A stretch of 64,000 nt of DNA from an uncultured Bacteroidales bacterium (GTDB taxonomy: Bacteria; Bacteroidota; Bacteroidia; Bacteroidales; UBA10428): assembly GCA_964534745.1 (NCBI GenBank), contig CAZHQW010000004.1:25376-89375 (forward strand). The letters run 5' to 3'. Shown piece by piece: positions 18,269-28,580 of this stretch (position 1 is its first letter; the number at the start of each line of letters is the position of its first letter). The translations under genes and the position numbers were made by a program. Under the pieces are notes generated by a model. It did not search any database. It was not told the origin of the DNA and saw only the letters and a program-made list of their open reading frames with translations.

Positions 18269-20088
18269 TATCGTAATTTTTGCTGAAGTTTTATAATTGT
18301 ATTGATTGCATCGGCATAAAGCTTATGCATTCCTTCCGATTCAGAAACCGGACTGTACCTGGAGTACTCGCAGGTATCAATTATATCCAGGAACCTGTTT
18401 ATAAGTTCATCATCAACCTTATGTTCAACCAGGGCCTGCCTTGAAGAGTCTTTTGACAGGCGGGCACCAGGAATGCTCAACTTGTCACTGAGGTAGCCCC
18501 ACATTGCCTTTAGTACTTCCTCGTAAAATGCCTCATGGTTATTATGTTTCATCAATACGAGAGCTTTTCTCAGCCTTCTGCGAGCATATTTGTTTGCCTG
18601 CCTGTTCTTAACCAGGCTTATGTTTGAATTGCGTTTTATTCTTTCCCTTCTGATGATTATGAAGGCAATAAATAATAAAAACGATACAAGGTATGCAGCA
18701 TAGAAGGCCGGGGATTCAAATATATAGCCGCCTTTCTTTGATACTTTAAAAGGCTTGCTTTTGATATAAAATATATCACTACCCAGCAATTTAATATCTT
18801 CCTTTGATAATCCTGTTATAACTATATCGGTAGTATCCTCCCTGCCTTTTATAACTGATATATTAAATTCCTGGGTTTTCAGTGTTTTATATAATTTTGA
18901 TGAAGGATCAAAATATGTGAATTCCACAGGTTCTATTTTATAGTCTCCGGCATATCTCGGTATAATTGTATATTCAAATGTCTGGCGACCGGACAAGGCA
19001 TTGTCCTGAACAGTATTTACGAGAGGTTCAAATGTTTCAAGCGAGGGCGGAAATTTTATCTTCAGGTCGTCAATGAGTTTGACATTACCTTTACCTGAAA
19101 TATTTATCTTAAGAGTGATCGCATCATTTGTAGTAACCTCAGTTTTATTGATTGATGCATCCAGATGGAAACTGCCCACAGCACCAGTATAGGAAGCAGG
19201 CCTGTTCAGGGGCAACGGCTTGATGTTCAACCTGACTTTTTGGCTTTTCAGTGTGACCGGCACATTCTGAACCGAGGGGCCGAAGAAATCGTCGAATATG
19301 CTTTTCGATCTCCTCTGTATTTGTTTCTGGTAGGCAACATCAACTTCAAACGGCTGAATAATAATTTCACCTGCCCTCTGGGGATAGAGCACAACTTTTC
19401 TAAGTATTCCCGTGCCGTATATTTCACCATTAACATTTTCCCTTTCCAGGGACCTTAAAGCAGGTATGTCAACTGATTGCTGAAAGAATCCCTTAAAGTC
19501 AGGTCCCTTGAAATTAGGATCAACCTGTGAAAGGTTAAGCCTGGAATATATTTTTATCCATGCTACTATCTGTTCTCCCACGTAAGCACTTGTTTTATCC
19601 ACATGTAATCTGACAAAGAGGTTTTCGCTGGCCGGAACATCAATTTCACCCGCCGGTTTTTCTTCAGTCTCATCTGCCTGTGTTGCTGATGGAGGTGATG
19701 GCGCACTTCCTTTAACCACTTCTATTTTTACGGGATTGGACTGGTAAGTGTCTCTTTTTATTTTTGCTGTTGCCGGCGGTATCGTATAGGTTCCCTCGCT
19801 GACTGCCTGCAGGTAATATGTATATGAATAATTTACCGACCTGGTTGTCTTACCGTTAACTATCTGGATGCTCGAGCTTGAGCTTGTGCTGGGTCCCCCG
19901 AGGAGCCGGAAATCACTGAACTCGGGTATCTCCAGTTCCGAGGGATTGGCATTAAGCTCATAAACAAGCTGAAACTGTTCCCCTGTCCTTAGCACATCAG
20001 GTGCTGCATAGGCCTTAAAACTAATATCCTGGCTATGCAGGCCTGATAGTATGCTAAAAACTGACAATATAAAAAAACAGTGCCTCAT
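18268..20088 (-). CDS. batD: BatD
   Basis: GPSTSSSSS.QIVNG, GAVG.F, C-terminal CEYSRYSP; bat context. Confidence 0.9.
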   Translation of the reverse strand: MRHCFFILSVFSILSGLHSQDISFKAYAAPDVLRTGEQFQLVYELNANPSELEIPEFSDFRLLGGPSTSSSSSIQIVNGKTTRSVNYSYTYYLQAVSEGTYTIPPATAKIKRDTYQSNPVKIEVVKGSAPSPPSATQADETEEKPAGEIDVPASENLFVRLHVDKTSAYVGEQIVAWIKIYSRLNLSQVDPNFKGPDFKGFFQQSVDIPALRSLERENVNGEIYGTGILRKVVLYPQRAGEIIIQPFEVDVAYQKQIQRRSKSIFDDFFGPSVQNVPVTLKSQKVRLNIKPLPLNRPASYTGAVGSFHLDASINKTEVTTNDAITLKINISGKGNVKLIDDLKIKFPPSLETFEPLVNTVQDNALSGRQTFEYTIIPRYAGDYKIEPVEFTYFDPSSKLYKTLKTQEFNISVIKGREDTTDIVITGLSKEDIKLLGSDIFYIKSKPFKVSKKGGYIFESPAFYAAYLVSFLLFIAFIIIRRERIKRNSNISLVKNRQANKYARRRLRKALVLMKHNNHEAFYEEVLKAMWGYLSDKLSIPGARLSKDSSRQALVEHKVDDELINRFLDIIDTCEYSRYSPVSESEGMHKLYADAINTIIKLQQKLR

Positions 20089-20105
20089 TGGCTATTCTTA
20101 TTTAA

Positions 20106-20804
20106 TTACCAGTTTTTGTCAACCGGTACTTTTTTAACCTGTTTCTGCAGCTTCTTAAGTACATCATCTTCTTCCCTTTCCAGGGCATCCAGTATTCTTT
20201 CAGCATCTTCCCTGGAAATATCGTCCTTTTTTGCAGGCTGCTGTTGTGCCTGTTGCTGCTGTTGCTGTTCCTGTTCCTGTTGTTGCTGTTGCTGTTGCTG
20301 CTGTTGCCGGTCTTCCCCGCCCTGTTGTTGCTGCTGCTGTTGTTGCTGCTGCTGCTGTTGCTGCTGCTGCTGTTGCTGCTGCAACTTAAGCATTTTCATG
20401 GCAAGCTGAAGATTATGCTTGGCATCCATATCAGCAGGACTGTTTTTAAGGGAGTTTTTGTAGGCCTCTATACTTCTTTCAAAGTCATTTCCCTTGAAAA
20501 AAGAATTACCCAGGTTATAATAATACCTGGCAAGTTCTTCCCTGTCCTTTTCATTTCCTGTAAGATTCATATACTTGGTCCCGGCCGCTTCATATTTCTC
20601 CTGTTTGTAAAGGGTATTTGCCAGGTTATAATCTGCTTTTTTTGAATCAGGTGTTTTCTCCAGGGCTTTACGGTATTGCACCTCAGCGGCATCATATTTT
20701 TCTTTATTGTATTGCCTGTTCCCCTGTCTTATAAATTTCCTCTCACTCTGTGAAAATACCTGGAGACTGATAAAAGCCAACATTGTATAAAATATAACTC
20801 TCAT
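20106..20804 (-). CDS. batC: BatC (TPR with poly-Gln linker)
   Basis: IRQGN..Y, YNLGNSFFK, NLQLA, IS...AERILDAL...E, DKNW end. Confidence 0.88.
   Translation of the reverse strand: MRVIFYTMLAFISLQVFSQSERKFIRQGNRQYNKEKYDAAEVQYRKALEKTPDSKKADYNLANTLYKQEKYEAAGTKYMNLTGNEKDREELARYYYNLGNSFFKGNDFERSIEAYKNSLKNSPADMDAKHNLQLAMKMLKLQQQQQQQQQQQQQQQQQQQQGGEDRQQQQQQQQQQEQEQQQQQQAQQQPAKKDDISREDAERILDALEREEDDVLKKLQKQVKKVPVDKNW
20238..20381 (-). repeat. CAG/CAA trinucleotide tract encoding poly-Gln
   Basis: 40 Gln in 48 codons, including a run of 20 (20322-20381) and a run of 10 (20277-20306). Confidence 0.95.
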
Positions 20805-20810
20805 AATTGC

Positions 20811-21848
20811 CTATATTTTCACCTTAAATATTTTAATATTCTTAAGCCATTTGTTTTTTCTTTCCAGTATCAAAAAGTCCACTACCAGCAATCCGATTGC
20901 CAGCCATATCAGCACCGGGAATTGCTCTTCATATTCAGAATATACCTTGGATTCTATTTCTGCCTTTTCAAGCTTGTTAAGATCATTAAATAGCTTGTTC
21001 AGACCTGCATTTGTACTTGTCGCATGGTAGTATTTTCCGCCGCCGGCGGCTGCGATCTGGCTCAGTACCTTTGCATTCAGCCTGCTTGTCACAACGTCAC
21101 CCTGGCGGTCTTTCAGGAATTCCTGTTTATTGTAGGCTCCCCTGATGGGTATGGGTGCCCCGTCATGTGAACCCATGCCTATTGTGTACACTTTTATACC
21201 TTTCTCATTTGCTTCTTCCGCTGCCTGTACCGCGTCTCCTTCATGATTCTCACCGTCAGAGATTATTATTATTGCCTTGTTTGTTTCGGTATCCTGTGTA
21301 AAGGAGTTGCCGGCAAGCCTTATTGCTTTATCAATGGCAGTCCCCTGGCGTGATACTATATCGGTATTAATATTATTTAAAAACATTCTCGTTCCGGCAT
21401 AGTCAGTTGTAATAGGCACCTGTATATATGCATCGCCTGCAAAAACTATGAGTCCGATCCTGTCATTTTCCATCTGGTCAAGTAATCTCAGTATTGCCTG
21501 TCTAGACCTTTCGAGCCTGTCAGGTTTAATATCTTCCGCCAGCATGCTGTTTGAAATATCGAGGGCAATAATTATCTCAATCCCTTTTCTTTTTATCTCT
21601 TTGAGCCTGGAGCCAAACTGGGGACCTGCCAGTGCAAATATTACGGTGATTAATGCCAGGGTGAGAATAATAAACTTCAGATGTGATCTGAAATTTGACA
21701 CATCAGGCATCAACTGCTCAACCACTGCAGGATTCCCGAATTTCCTTATCGACTTCTTTTTAATCTGATATGCAATTATATAAATTATTATAAGGACCGG
21801 TATCCCGGCCAGCATATATAGAAACTCGCTATTACCAAATCTGAACAT
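20811..21848 (-). CDS. batB: BatB (VWA domain)
   Basis: ALDISNSMLAED..PDRL, P.TTDY, ISDGENH. Confidence 0.9.
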   Translation of the reverse strand: MFRFGNSEFLYMLAGIPVLIIIYIIAYQIKKKSIRKFGNPAVVEQLMPDVSNFRSHLKFIILTLALITVIFALAGPQFGSRLKEIKRKGIEIIIALDISNSMLAEDIKPDRLERSRQAILRLLDQMENDRIGLIVFAGDAYIQVPITTDYAGTRMFLNNINTDIVSRQGTAIDKAIRLAGNSFTQDTETNKAIIIISDGENHEGDAVQAAEEANEKGIKVYTIGMGSHDGAPIPIRGAYNKQEFLKDRQGDVVTSRLNAKVLSQIAAAGGGKYYHATSTNAGLNKLFNDLNKLEKAEIESKVYSEYEEQFPVLIWLAIGLLVVDFLILERKNKWLKNIKIFKVKI

Positions 21849-21859
21849 ACTAGACAAGC

Positions 21860-22858
21860 TTAAGGTATATTTTTAAGTATAGTATTTTTAAGCAGTATTT
21901 CACCTGATAATACCAGGGCTGCAGCAAAGGCAAACCACATGTATCTCTCCTGTCTTTTGCTGTATTCCCTGATATCTATCTTTGATTTCTCAAGTTTATC
22001 AATCATACCATATATTTCTCTCAGTTTCTCATTATCTGTTGCACGGAAGTATTTACCGCCGGTGATATCTGCAATTTCCTGCAGCATCTCTTCATCAATT
22101 TCCACAGGCATATCCTGAAAAATAACAGCGCCGGTAAAAGGATTCTGCACCGGATAGGGCGCGGTACCCATACTGCCGACACCGATAGTGTATACCCTGA
22201 TCCCGAATGTCCTTGCTATCTCGGCTGCTGTCAGCGGGTCAACAGAGCCCATGTTGTTAACACCGTCGGTTAAAAGTATTATCACCTTACTTATGGCATT
22301 ACTGTCCTTCAGCCTTTTCACAGCATTCGCCAGTCCGACCCCTATAGCCGTCCCGTCCTCAATCATACCGCTTTTTATGTTGCCGAAAAGGTTAACCAGC
22401 ACTTTATGATCAGTGGTCAGGGGGCACTGTGTAAAGCTTTCCCCGCTGAACACAACAAGGCCCATCCTGTCATTTCTTCTTCCCGAAATAAACTCGATAG
22501 CTATTTCCTTTGAAGCGCCAAGCCTGTCAGGCTTGAAATCGCGCGCAAGCATGCTCCCTGATATATCAAGAGCCAGCATGATATCAATACCTTCAGTAAA
22601 GCTTTTTTCCCAGCTACGCGTGGACTGGGGCCTTGCAAGCACTATGATAAGGAGGACCAGTGCCAGCAACCTGAACACAAACAGGATATGTCTTAAATAA
22701 GCTTTAAAGGATCTCCCGGCGTTGAGTACCGGCTTAATGGTAGATACGAGGATTGTAGCATTGAACTTCCTTTCTTTCCATATATACCATGCAACAGCTG
22801 GTACTAATAATAACAGCAGGTAGAAATACTCAGGATGTGCAAATTCAAACCGACCCAT
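21860..22858 (-). CDS. batA: BatA (VWA domain)
   Basis: ALDISGSMLARDFKPDRL, QCPLTTDH, DGTAIG.GLA.AV, LLTDGVNN. Confidence 0.92.
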   Translation of the reverse strand: MGRFEFAHPEYFYLLLLLVPAVAWYIWKERKFNATILVSTIKPVLNAGRSFKAYLRHILFVFRLLALVLLIIVLARPQSTRSWEKSFTEGIDIMLALDISGSMLARDFKPDRLGASKEIAIEFISGRRNDRMGLVVFSGESFTQCPLTTDHKVLVNLFGNIKSGMIEDGTAIGVGLANAVKRLKDSNAISKVIILLTDGVNNMGSVDPLTAAEIARTFGIRVYTIGVGSMGTAPYPVQNPFTGAVIFQDMPVEIDEEMLQEIADITGGKYFRATDNEKLREIYGMIDKLEKSKIDIREYSKRQERYMWFAFAAALVLSGEILLKNTILKNIP

Positions 22859-22861
22859 ACT

Positions 22862-23857
22862 CTATGCAGTTAATTCTCTTTGTTTATTTTTTACTCTTTT
22901 ATCTCCCGTGCCGTTCTGCTGTGCAGGCACAAATTTTGTGTTCCTCACAAACTCATAGGCGTTCTCCATAAGAGTTATATTTTCTTCGGGCAGTGGCTCA
23001 CCCCTGGCAAACTTCACCAGATCCGCAAGATTCAGTAGTTGCTCCAGTATATTATAGTTTACATTCTCAATTTCCCTGTCCCTGAATTCATATAGTATTT
23101 CGCTTGTTGTCTGCTCCATTGCCATTATATCAAATCTTCTCTCAATATATGTGCGTATAATCTCCGTTAACCTTGTATAGTATAACTTGACCTTGTTTTG
23201 CTGCCACAGTTTTTCGGCCTTAAGCTTGTCAAGCTCACGCAAGGCAACGATGTGAGGTATCTCAGGGGGCCTTATCCTTCTTAATATTGGTTTATCTTTC
23301 TTTTTCCTGTCGATGTAATAAAAAATAAACCATATTAGCAGTCCGGTAAAAATCAGCGATAAAACTAAAGGGTATAATTCGCTGAAACTGTAGGGAGCTT
23401 TATATATTCCTTTTATATCTCTTATTGTTCCTGTTGTATCGATTTTCACGGGAAGGACTTCAAGGTATTCTGCCGGTGAGCTTATAGAATCGGTAAATCC
23501 ACCGGAGCGGTATACGAAGTTTACCGGCGGAATATACAGGAGTCCGCTATCAAAAGCTGTAACCGTTAGATTCTGGTACAGGGCTACCTTGTTATCATCC
23601 AGCTTTGAAGAATCAATTTCTGACTTATTAACTATTTCTATCTCGTCAGTAAGTTTGGCATCAAATTGCGGAAATAATACAGTTGCGCTTTCAGGCTTTA
23701 TAACCTCTATTGACAAATTTACCTGGTCACCTATGAGTATCCTGTTAGTATCAAGCTCCATGCTTATAGTAAGCAGCTGACTATAAGCTGCCCGGGAAAA
23801 AAATGCCAGTGCAATTATTATATATAAACCAGTCTTTCTTTTTTTATATCTTATCAT
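22862..23857 (-). CDS. conserved bat-operon membrane protein (between DUF58 and batA)
   Basis: IGDQV, FDSG, single TM, KL.YT.L..I.R.YIE.RF...A.EQTT.E, ADLVKFA. Confidence 0.8.
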   Translation of the reverse strand: MIRYKKRKTGLYIIIALAFFSRAAYSQLLTISMELDTNRILIGDQVNLSIEVIKPESATVLFPQFDAKLTDEIEIVNKSEIDSSKLDDNKVALYQNLTVTAFDSGLLYIPPVNFVYRSGGFTDSISSPAEYLEVLPVKIDTTGTIRDIKGIYKAPYSFSELYPLVLSLIFTGLLIWFIFYYIDRKKKDKPILRRIRPPEIPHIVALRELDKLKAEKLWQQNKVKLYYTRLTEIIRTYIERRFDIMAMEQTTSEILYEFRDREIENVNYNILEQLLNLADLVKFARGEPLPEENITLMENAYEFVRNTKFVPAQQNGTGDKRVKNKQRELTA

Positions 23858-23890
23858 GCTTTCAAACAATAAACCTTAATTTCTAATATT

Positions 23891-24760
23891 TTACCGGGCT
23901 CTCCTTTTAAAAAGATTTATTAATGGTTTAACATAGTCCTCGCCAGTTGATATTGAGGCATAGTCCACCCCAAACCTTGATAACATTTCATCCATATCTT
24001 CGTTGCGCTTTCTCCATGAATGCCTGTATGTGTCCCTTATATAGCTTTCTGAGGTATCTATCCATATATCCCGGCCGCTCTCGGCATCCAGCAGCTTTAC
24101 CAGTCCGATTGGCGGCAGTTCTGTCTCTCTCAGATCATAGATTTTCAGTCCCACCAGGTCATGTTTTTTTGAAGCTATTTTGAGGGCATCTTCAAAATTG
24201 TCATCCATGAAGTCGGATATCAGGAAAGCCGTACTTCTTTTCTTTATAGCATTTATAAGAAACCTCAGGGCGCCGGTAATATTTGTTCCTGTGCTCACCG
24301 GTTCAAAATTCAGCAGTTCCCTGATAATTCTTAATATATGCTGTTTCCCTTTCTTGGGTGGAATAAATTTCTCTATCCTGTCGCTGAACATAATGACACC
24401 GACCTTATCATTATTCTGGATGGCAGAGAATGAGAGTACTGCCGATATCTCTGTAATAAGATTTTTTTTGAGCATCACTTGTGTGCCAAAGTTGCGCGAG
24501 CCGCTGACATCTAATATCAGCATCACTGTCAGTTCCCTTTCCTCTTCGTATATTTTGATGTAGGGATGATTGAACCTTGCTGTGACATTCCAGTCAATAT
24601 TCCTGATATCATCCCCGAACTGGTATTCCCTGACCTCACTGAAGGCCATGCCTTTTCCTTTAAATGCGGAATGGTATTCGCCTGCAAATATATGTTTTGA
24701 CAGTCCCCTGCTTTTTATTTCTATTTTTCTGACACGTTTAAGTAATTCAGTTGCTTCCAC
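23891..24760 (-). CDS. DUF58 family protein
   Basis: G.YHSAFKG.GM.F.EVREYQ.GDDIR.IDWNVTAR; GTG start at 24760 preferred. Confidence 0.92.
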   Translation of the reverse strand: MEATELLKRVRKIEIKSRGLSKHIFAGEYHSAFKGKGMAFSEVREYQFGDDIRNIDWNVTARFNHPYIKIYEEERELTVMLILDVSGSRNFGTQVMLKKNLITEISAVLSFSAIQNNDKVGVIMFSDRIEKFIPPKKGKQHILRIIRELLNFEPVSTGTNITGALRFLINAIKKRSTAFLISDFMDDNFEDALKIASKKHDLVGLKIYDLRETELPPIGLVKLLDAESGRDIWIDTSESYIRDTYRHSWRKRNEDMDEMLSRFGVDYASISTGEDYVKPLINLFKRRAR

Positions 24761-24782
24761 AATTATTATCAACTACTTAATA

Positions 24783-25196
24783 TTATTTCTCTTCTTTCTT
24801 TGTACTAACAGTAAAAAACCATTCTTCTTTCTTCAGGCTTACCGTATATGTCTTGCCCTGATCCCTGTATGTCCATTTATCCTCGCTGTGCCTGCTGTAG
24901 TTACTATTCAGTGAATCCAGTACATCGCGCAGGTTGGCGTAGTCCGACATGAGCCTGACATAGGTACAGCAATCATCTTCATCAAGAAAGAACAGTAATG
25001 TCTGTTCATTTACCTTATCTTCATATTTGAGATAATTATATGCTTTATTAATAACTCCTGCATTAAGCCTGAAGTCTCTTTGAGTCTCGTCCATCAGACT
25101 TATGATCTCATCCTTATAAAGGCCAATGTAATTCTGGGCATTAACCCTTAATGCCAGGACAAATGCAATTAACGCTATATAAATAGTTACTTTCAT
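24783..25196 (-). CDS. hypothetical exported protein inside the bat operon
   Basis: ATG 25196 gives signal peptide MKVTIYIALIAFVLALRVNAQ; co-directional with small gaps on both sides. Confidence 0.7.
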   Translation of the reverse strand: MKVTIYIALIAFVLALRVNAQNYIGLYKDEIISLMDETQRDFRLNAGVINKAYNYLKYEDKVNEQTLLFFLDEDDCCTYVRLMSDYANLRDVLDSLNSNYSRHSEDKWTYRDQGKTYTVSLKKEEWFFTVSTKKEEK

Positions 25197-25218
25197 TAAT
25201 TCTATGCCTGTCAGTTTA

Positions 25219-26217
25219 TTAAGGAACCTCAATATTATTGAGTATATCAGTAATAATATGCTCGGTAGTGATATTCTCGGCTTCGGCCTCATAGGTCAGT
25301 CCGATTCTGTGCCTGAGCACATCATGGCAAACAGCCCTGACATCCTCCGGAATAACATAGCCTCTCCTCTTAATAAAGGCATAAGCTTTAGATGCTGCGG
25401 CAAGGTATATGCTGGCCCTGGGCGAACCTCCGTAATTTATCATGCTTGTATACTGTGGCAGGTTATATTCACCGGGATATCTTGTAGCAAAGACTATATT
25501 TAATATATACTGTTCTATTTTCTCATCCATATATACTTCTTTAACAACCTCCCTGGCCCTAAGTATATCAGCAGGTTTCATGACTGTTGAAGGAGAAGGA
25601 AATACTTTTCCCAGGTTTTCTCTCATTATAAGACGTTCATCATCCTGATTAGGATAATCTATAACAACTTTCAGCATAAAACGGTCGACCTGTGCTTCAG
25701 GTAAGGGGTAAGTACCTTCCTGCTCTATAGGGTTCTGTGTTGCCAGAACCAGGAAGGGCATCGGTAGTGGATAGGACTCTGAGCCTATTGTAACCTGTTT
25801 CTCCTGCATAGCTTCCAGGAGAGCACTCTGCACTTTTGCAGGTGACCTGTTAACTTCATCAGCAAGGATAAAATTGGCAAAAACAGGGCCCTTCTTTACA
25901 AGGAAGTCCTCTTTCTTCTGGCTGTATATCATGGTACCTATTAAGTCAGCAGGCAGTAAATCAGGGGTAAATTGTATCCTGCTGAATTTTGCATCAATAG
26001 TCTGCGCCAGCGTCTTTATGGCCAGCGTCTTTGCCAGTCCGGGCACTCCCTCAATAAGTATATGTCCGTCCGATAAAAGACCTGTCAACAAGCTGTCTAT
26101 CAAATGCTTCTGTCCGATAATTACCTTTTTTATTTCAATATTAATAATATCCACAAAAGAGCTCTCCTTTTGTATTTTCTCATTTAATTCTTTTACGTTT
26201 ACTGCTATTTCAGACAT
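25219..26217 (-). CDS. moxR: MoxR family AAA+ ATPase
   Basis: EGVPGLAKT, RIQFTPDLLPAD, DEVNRSPAKVQSALLEAMQE, ATQNPIEQEGTYPLPEAQ.DRF. Confidence 0.95.
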   Translation of the reverse strand: MSEIAVNVKELNEKIQKESSFVDIINIEIKKVIIGQKHLIDSLLTGLLSDGHILIEGVPGLAKTLAIKTLAQTIDAKFSRIQFTPDLLPADLIGTMIYSQKKEDFLVKKGPVFANFILADEVNRSPAKVQSALLEAMQEKQVTIGSESYPLPMPFLVLATQNPIEQEGTYPLPEAQVDRFMLKVVIDYPNQDDERLIMRENLGKVFPSPSTVMKPADILRAREVVKEVYMDEKIEQYILNIVFATRYPGEYNLPQYTSMINYGGSPRASIYLAAASKAYAFIKRRGYVIPEDVRAVCHDVLRHRIGLTYEAEAENITTEHIITDILNNIEVP

Positions 26218-26419
26218 ACCATTATTAATTTTAACTTTATTAATAAATTTTTTTAAAAACGTGTCGAAGGTAACAAAATTTATTCCAAATGATTTGTTAT
26301 TTTTTCTTAAATGGACATAATTTATTGAAATGTAATTAATTAACTTGTGTTAAAAAATGTTAAATGTCAGTTAGTTACAAATTATTTATAATTTAGGGCT
26401 GCCAATATAAATATAAAGC

Positions 26420-27172
26420 ATGGCTACAAAACAAAGATATTTTATCCATTTTGCGTTTAAAGGTACAAGTTACCATGGCTGGCAGATTCAGCCCAATGCT
26501 GTTACAGTGCAGGGCATTCTGAATAAAGCCATGTCGACAGTTATCAGGGAAAATATACTGACAACAGGAGCGGGACGGACCGATACAGGTGTCCATGCAA
26601 AATTTTTTGTGGCCCATTTTGACAGTAATAACAAGGGACTGGACAATGATCCGGGATTAATTTACAGCCTCAACAGTGTTCTACCCTCCGATATCTCGGT
26701 ATATAAGATATTTAAGGTCAGGCAGAATGCAAATGCCAGGTTTGATGCCATATCCAGAACTTATGAATACCGCATTTCAAGAACAAATGACCCTTTTGAA
26801 AAGGAATATAGCTGGTACATTTATTACAGCCTGAACATTGAAAAAATGAATGAAGCGGCTGCCTGGCTTAAAAAAGTAAAGGATTTTACAAGTTTCGGCA
26901 AGTACCACACCAATGTTAAGACAAATATCTGCCGGATATCTTATTCAAAGTGGAGTGAGGATGGGGATATGCTTGTTTTTACCATTAAGGGCGATCGATT
27001 CCTGAGGAATATGGTCAGGGCAGTAGCAGGGACTATGGTATTGATCGGACGCGGTAAGCTGGATGTTTCCGAATTTAAGAATATTATAGAGCAAAAAGTT
27101 AAAGTCAGCTACACGGTTCCTCCACAGGGACTTTTTTTAACAAAAATAGAATACCATGTTAATATAATTTAA
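26420..27172 (+). CDS. truA: tRNA pseudouridine(38-40) synthase
   Basis: YHGWQ.Q, GAGRTDTGVHA, RFL.NMVR, P.GLFL. Confidence 0.95.
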   Translation: MATKQRYFIHFAFKGTSYHGWQIQPNAVTVQGILNKAMSTVIRENILTTGAGRTDTGVHAKFFVAHFDSNNKGLDNDPGLIYSLNSVLPSDISVYKIFKVRQNANARFDAISRTYEYRISRTNDPFEKEYSWYIYYSLNIEKMNEAAAWLKKVKDFTSFGKYHTNVKTNICRISYSKWSEDGDMLVFTIKGDRFLRNMVRAVAGTMVLIGRGKLDVSEFKNIIEQKVKVSYTVPPQGLFLTKIEYHVNII

Positions 27173-27298
27173 TATTTGCTATTGTTATTAATATTTAAAA
27201 TGACTTTCTTTACTATCCATAATGGATTATATGGATTATATTTGTATAACTTTTTTTATTTTATAACGTAAAAAATTGCGAAAACATTAGTAAGGGTT

Positions 27299-27814
27299 AT
27301 GAAAAGATCTGCCATAATTACAGTATTGTTCCTGATATTTCTTCCTGCTTTGATATTTGCGCAGACGGGCATACCACGGGCACAGGCAATGTTTATTTAC
27401 AATTTCTCAAGGTTAATTGAGTGGCCGGCCAATTACAAAACTGGTCCGTTTGTTATCGGCACATTCGGCCCTTCTCCTGTTGCAGATGAATTAACAAGTT
27501 ATACAACAGGCAAAAAAGTGGGAACACAGGATATTTCCGTACAGGAAATAAAATCAGTAGATGAAATTAATAAGTGCCACATACTCTTTATTCCTTTCAG
27601 CCGCACAAAACAAATCGGACAAATAGTAGCGAAGATTGACAACATGAGTACCCTGCTAATCACTGAAAAGGGCGGTGCCATTGATCTGGGATCAGCTATA
27701 AATTTTTTAATTGTAGGGGATAAGCTTAAGTTCGAGATGAAGCAGGCAAATGCCTCAAAATACGGGATTAAGGTAAGTGCCAAACTCCAGGAGATGGCTA
27801 TTCAAAGCTATTAG
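27299..27814 (+). CDS. YfiR/HmsC family (DUF4154) periplasmic protein
   Basis: Signal peptide, A.FIYNF.R.IEWP, CHILFI, AINF...DKLKFE. Confidence 0.85.
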   Translation: MKRSAIITVLFLIFLPALIFAQTGIPRAQAMFIYNFSRLIEWPANYKTGPFVIGTFGPSPVADELTSYTTGKKVGTQDISVQEIKSVDEINKCHILFIPFSRTKQIGQIVAKIDNMSTLLITEKGGAIDLGSAINFLIVGDKLKFEMKQANASKYGIKVSAKLQEMAIQSY

Positions 27815-28569
27815 CTGTAACTGTCACTGTTCCATATCTCCCATGCTTTCTCTGCCTGAAGATGCAGCATTAACAGACCGTTTATCACCTTGGCTCCTCT
27901 CACCGATGCTTTCTCAAGCAACTTGCTTATTTCAGGATTATATATAAGATCATAAACCAGGTGTTTGCCGGTAATATGTTCATAAGGTATATCCGGACAT
28001 CTGTCAACATCGGGATAGGTTCCCAAAGGTGAAGTATTGACTATTATCCTGCACTCATCCATAAGCCGCCTGTTAAGAGAGGGATAGGATATATGGTTGT
28101 CCATCCTGGGATTTCTTGATACGAAAATATATTTTATTTGCAGGCGGTCAAATACATATGCAATTGCCTTTGAAGCGCCCCCTGTACCCAGTATTATGGC
28201 TTTTTTATGTATGTCTTTCAAATGCGGCAGAATGGATTGCTCAAAGCCATATGCATCGGTATTATAACCTGTCAGTTTAATGCTGTCATTAATCCGGTTT
28301 ATCTTTATTGTGTTTACAGCTCCGATTGATCTTGCCGTATCATCAATTTTGTCGAGGTATTTAATAACTTTCTCCTTATAGGGAATTGTGACATTTAGTC
28401 CTTTTAAATCATTGTATTCTGATAACAGCTGAGTCAGTTCTTCAATTGTCTCAATAGGAAAGTTCAGGTAGAGGCAATCTCCGATTTTCTCACTCTGGAA
28501 TTTATCATTGAAGTATTTTGCTGAAAAGGAATGGCTTAAGGGATACCCTATAAGTCCGTATATCTTCAT
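27811..28569 (-). CDS. aroE: shikimate dehydrogenase
   Basis: GYPLSHSFS, NVTIPYK, GAVNT, NTD, GTGGA, DLIYNP, NGL.ML..QA. Confidence 0.95.
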   Translation of the reverse strand: MKIYGLIGYPLSHSFSAKYFNDKFQSEKIGDCLYLNFPIETIEELTQLLSEYNDLKGLNVTIPYKEKVIKYLDKIDDTARSIGAVNTIKINRINDSIKLTGYNTDAYGFEQSILPHLKDIHKKAIILGTGGASKAIAYVFDRLQIKYIFVSRNPRMDNHISYPSLNRRLMDECRIIVNTSPLGTYPDVDRCPDIPYEHITGKHLVYDLIYNPEISKLLEKASVRGAKVINGLLMLHLQAEKAWEIWNSDSYS

Positions 28570-28580
28570 AAACCCCTCTT

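Noticed and set aside
20080-20645. Poly-Cys and poly-Leu ORFs on the plus strand
   Set aside because: They are antisense readings of the batC CAG/CAA tract
26340-26353. TTAAC-N4-GTTAA palindrome between moxR and truA
   Set aside because: Single occurrence in very AT-rich DNA, compatible with chance
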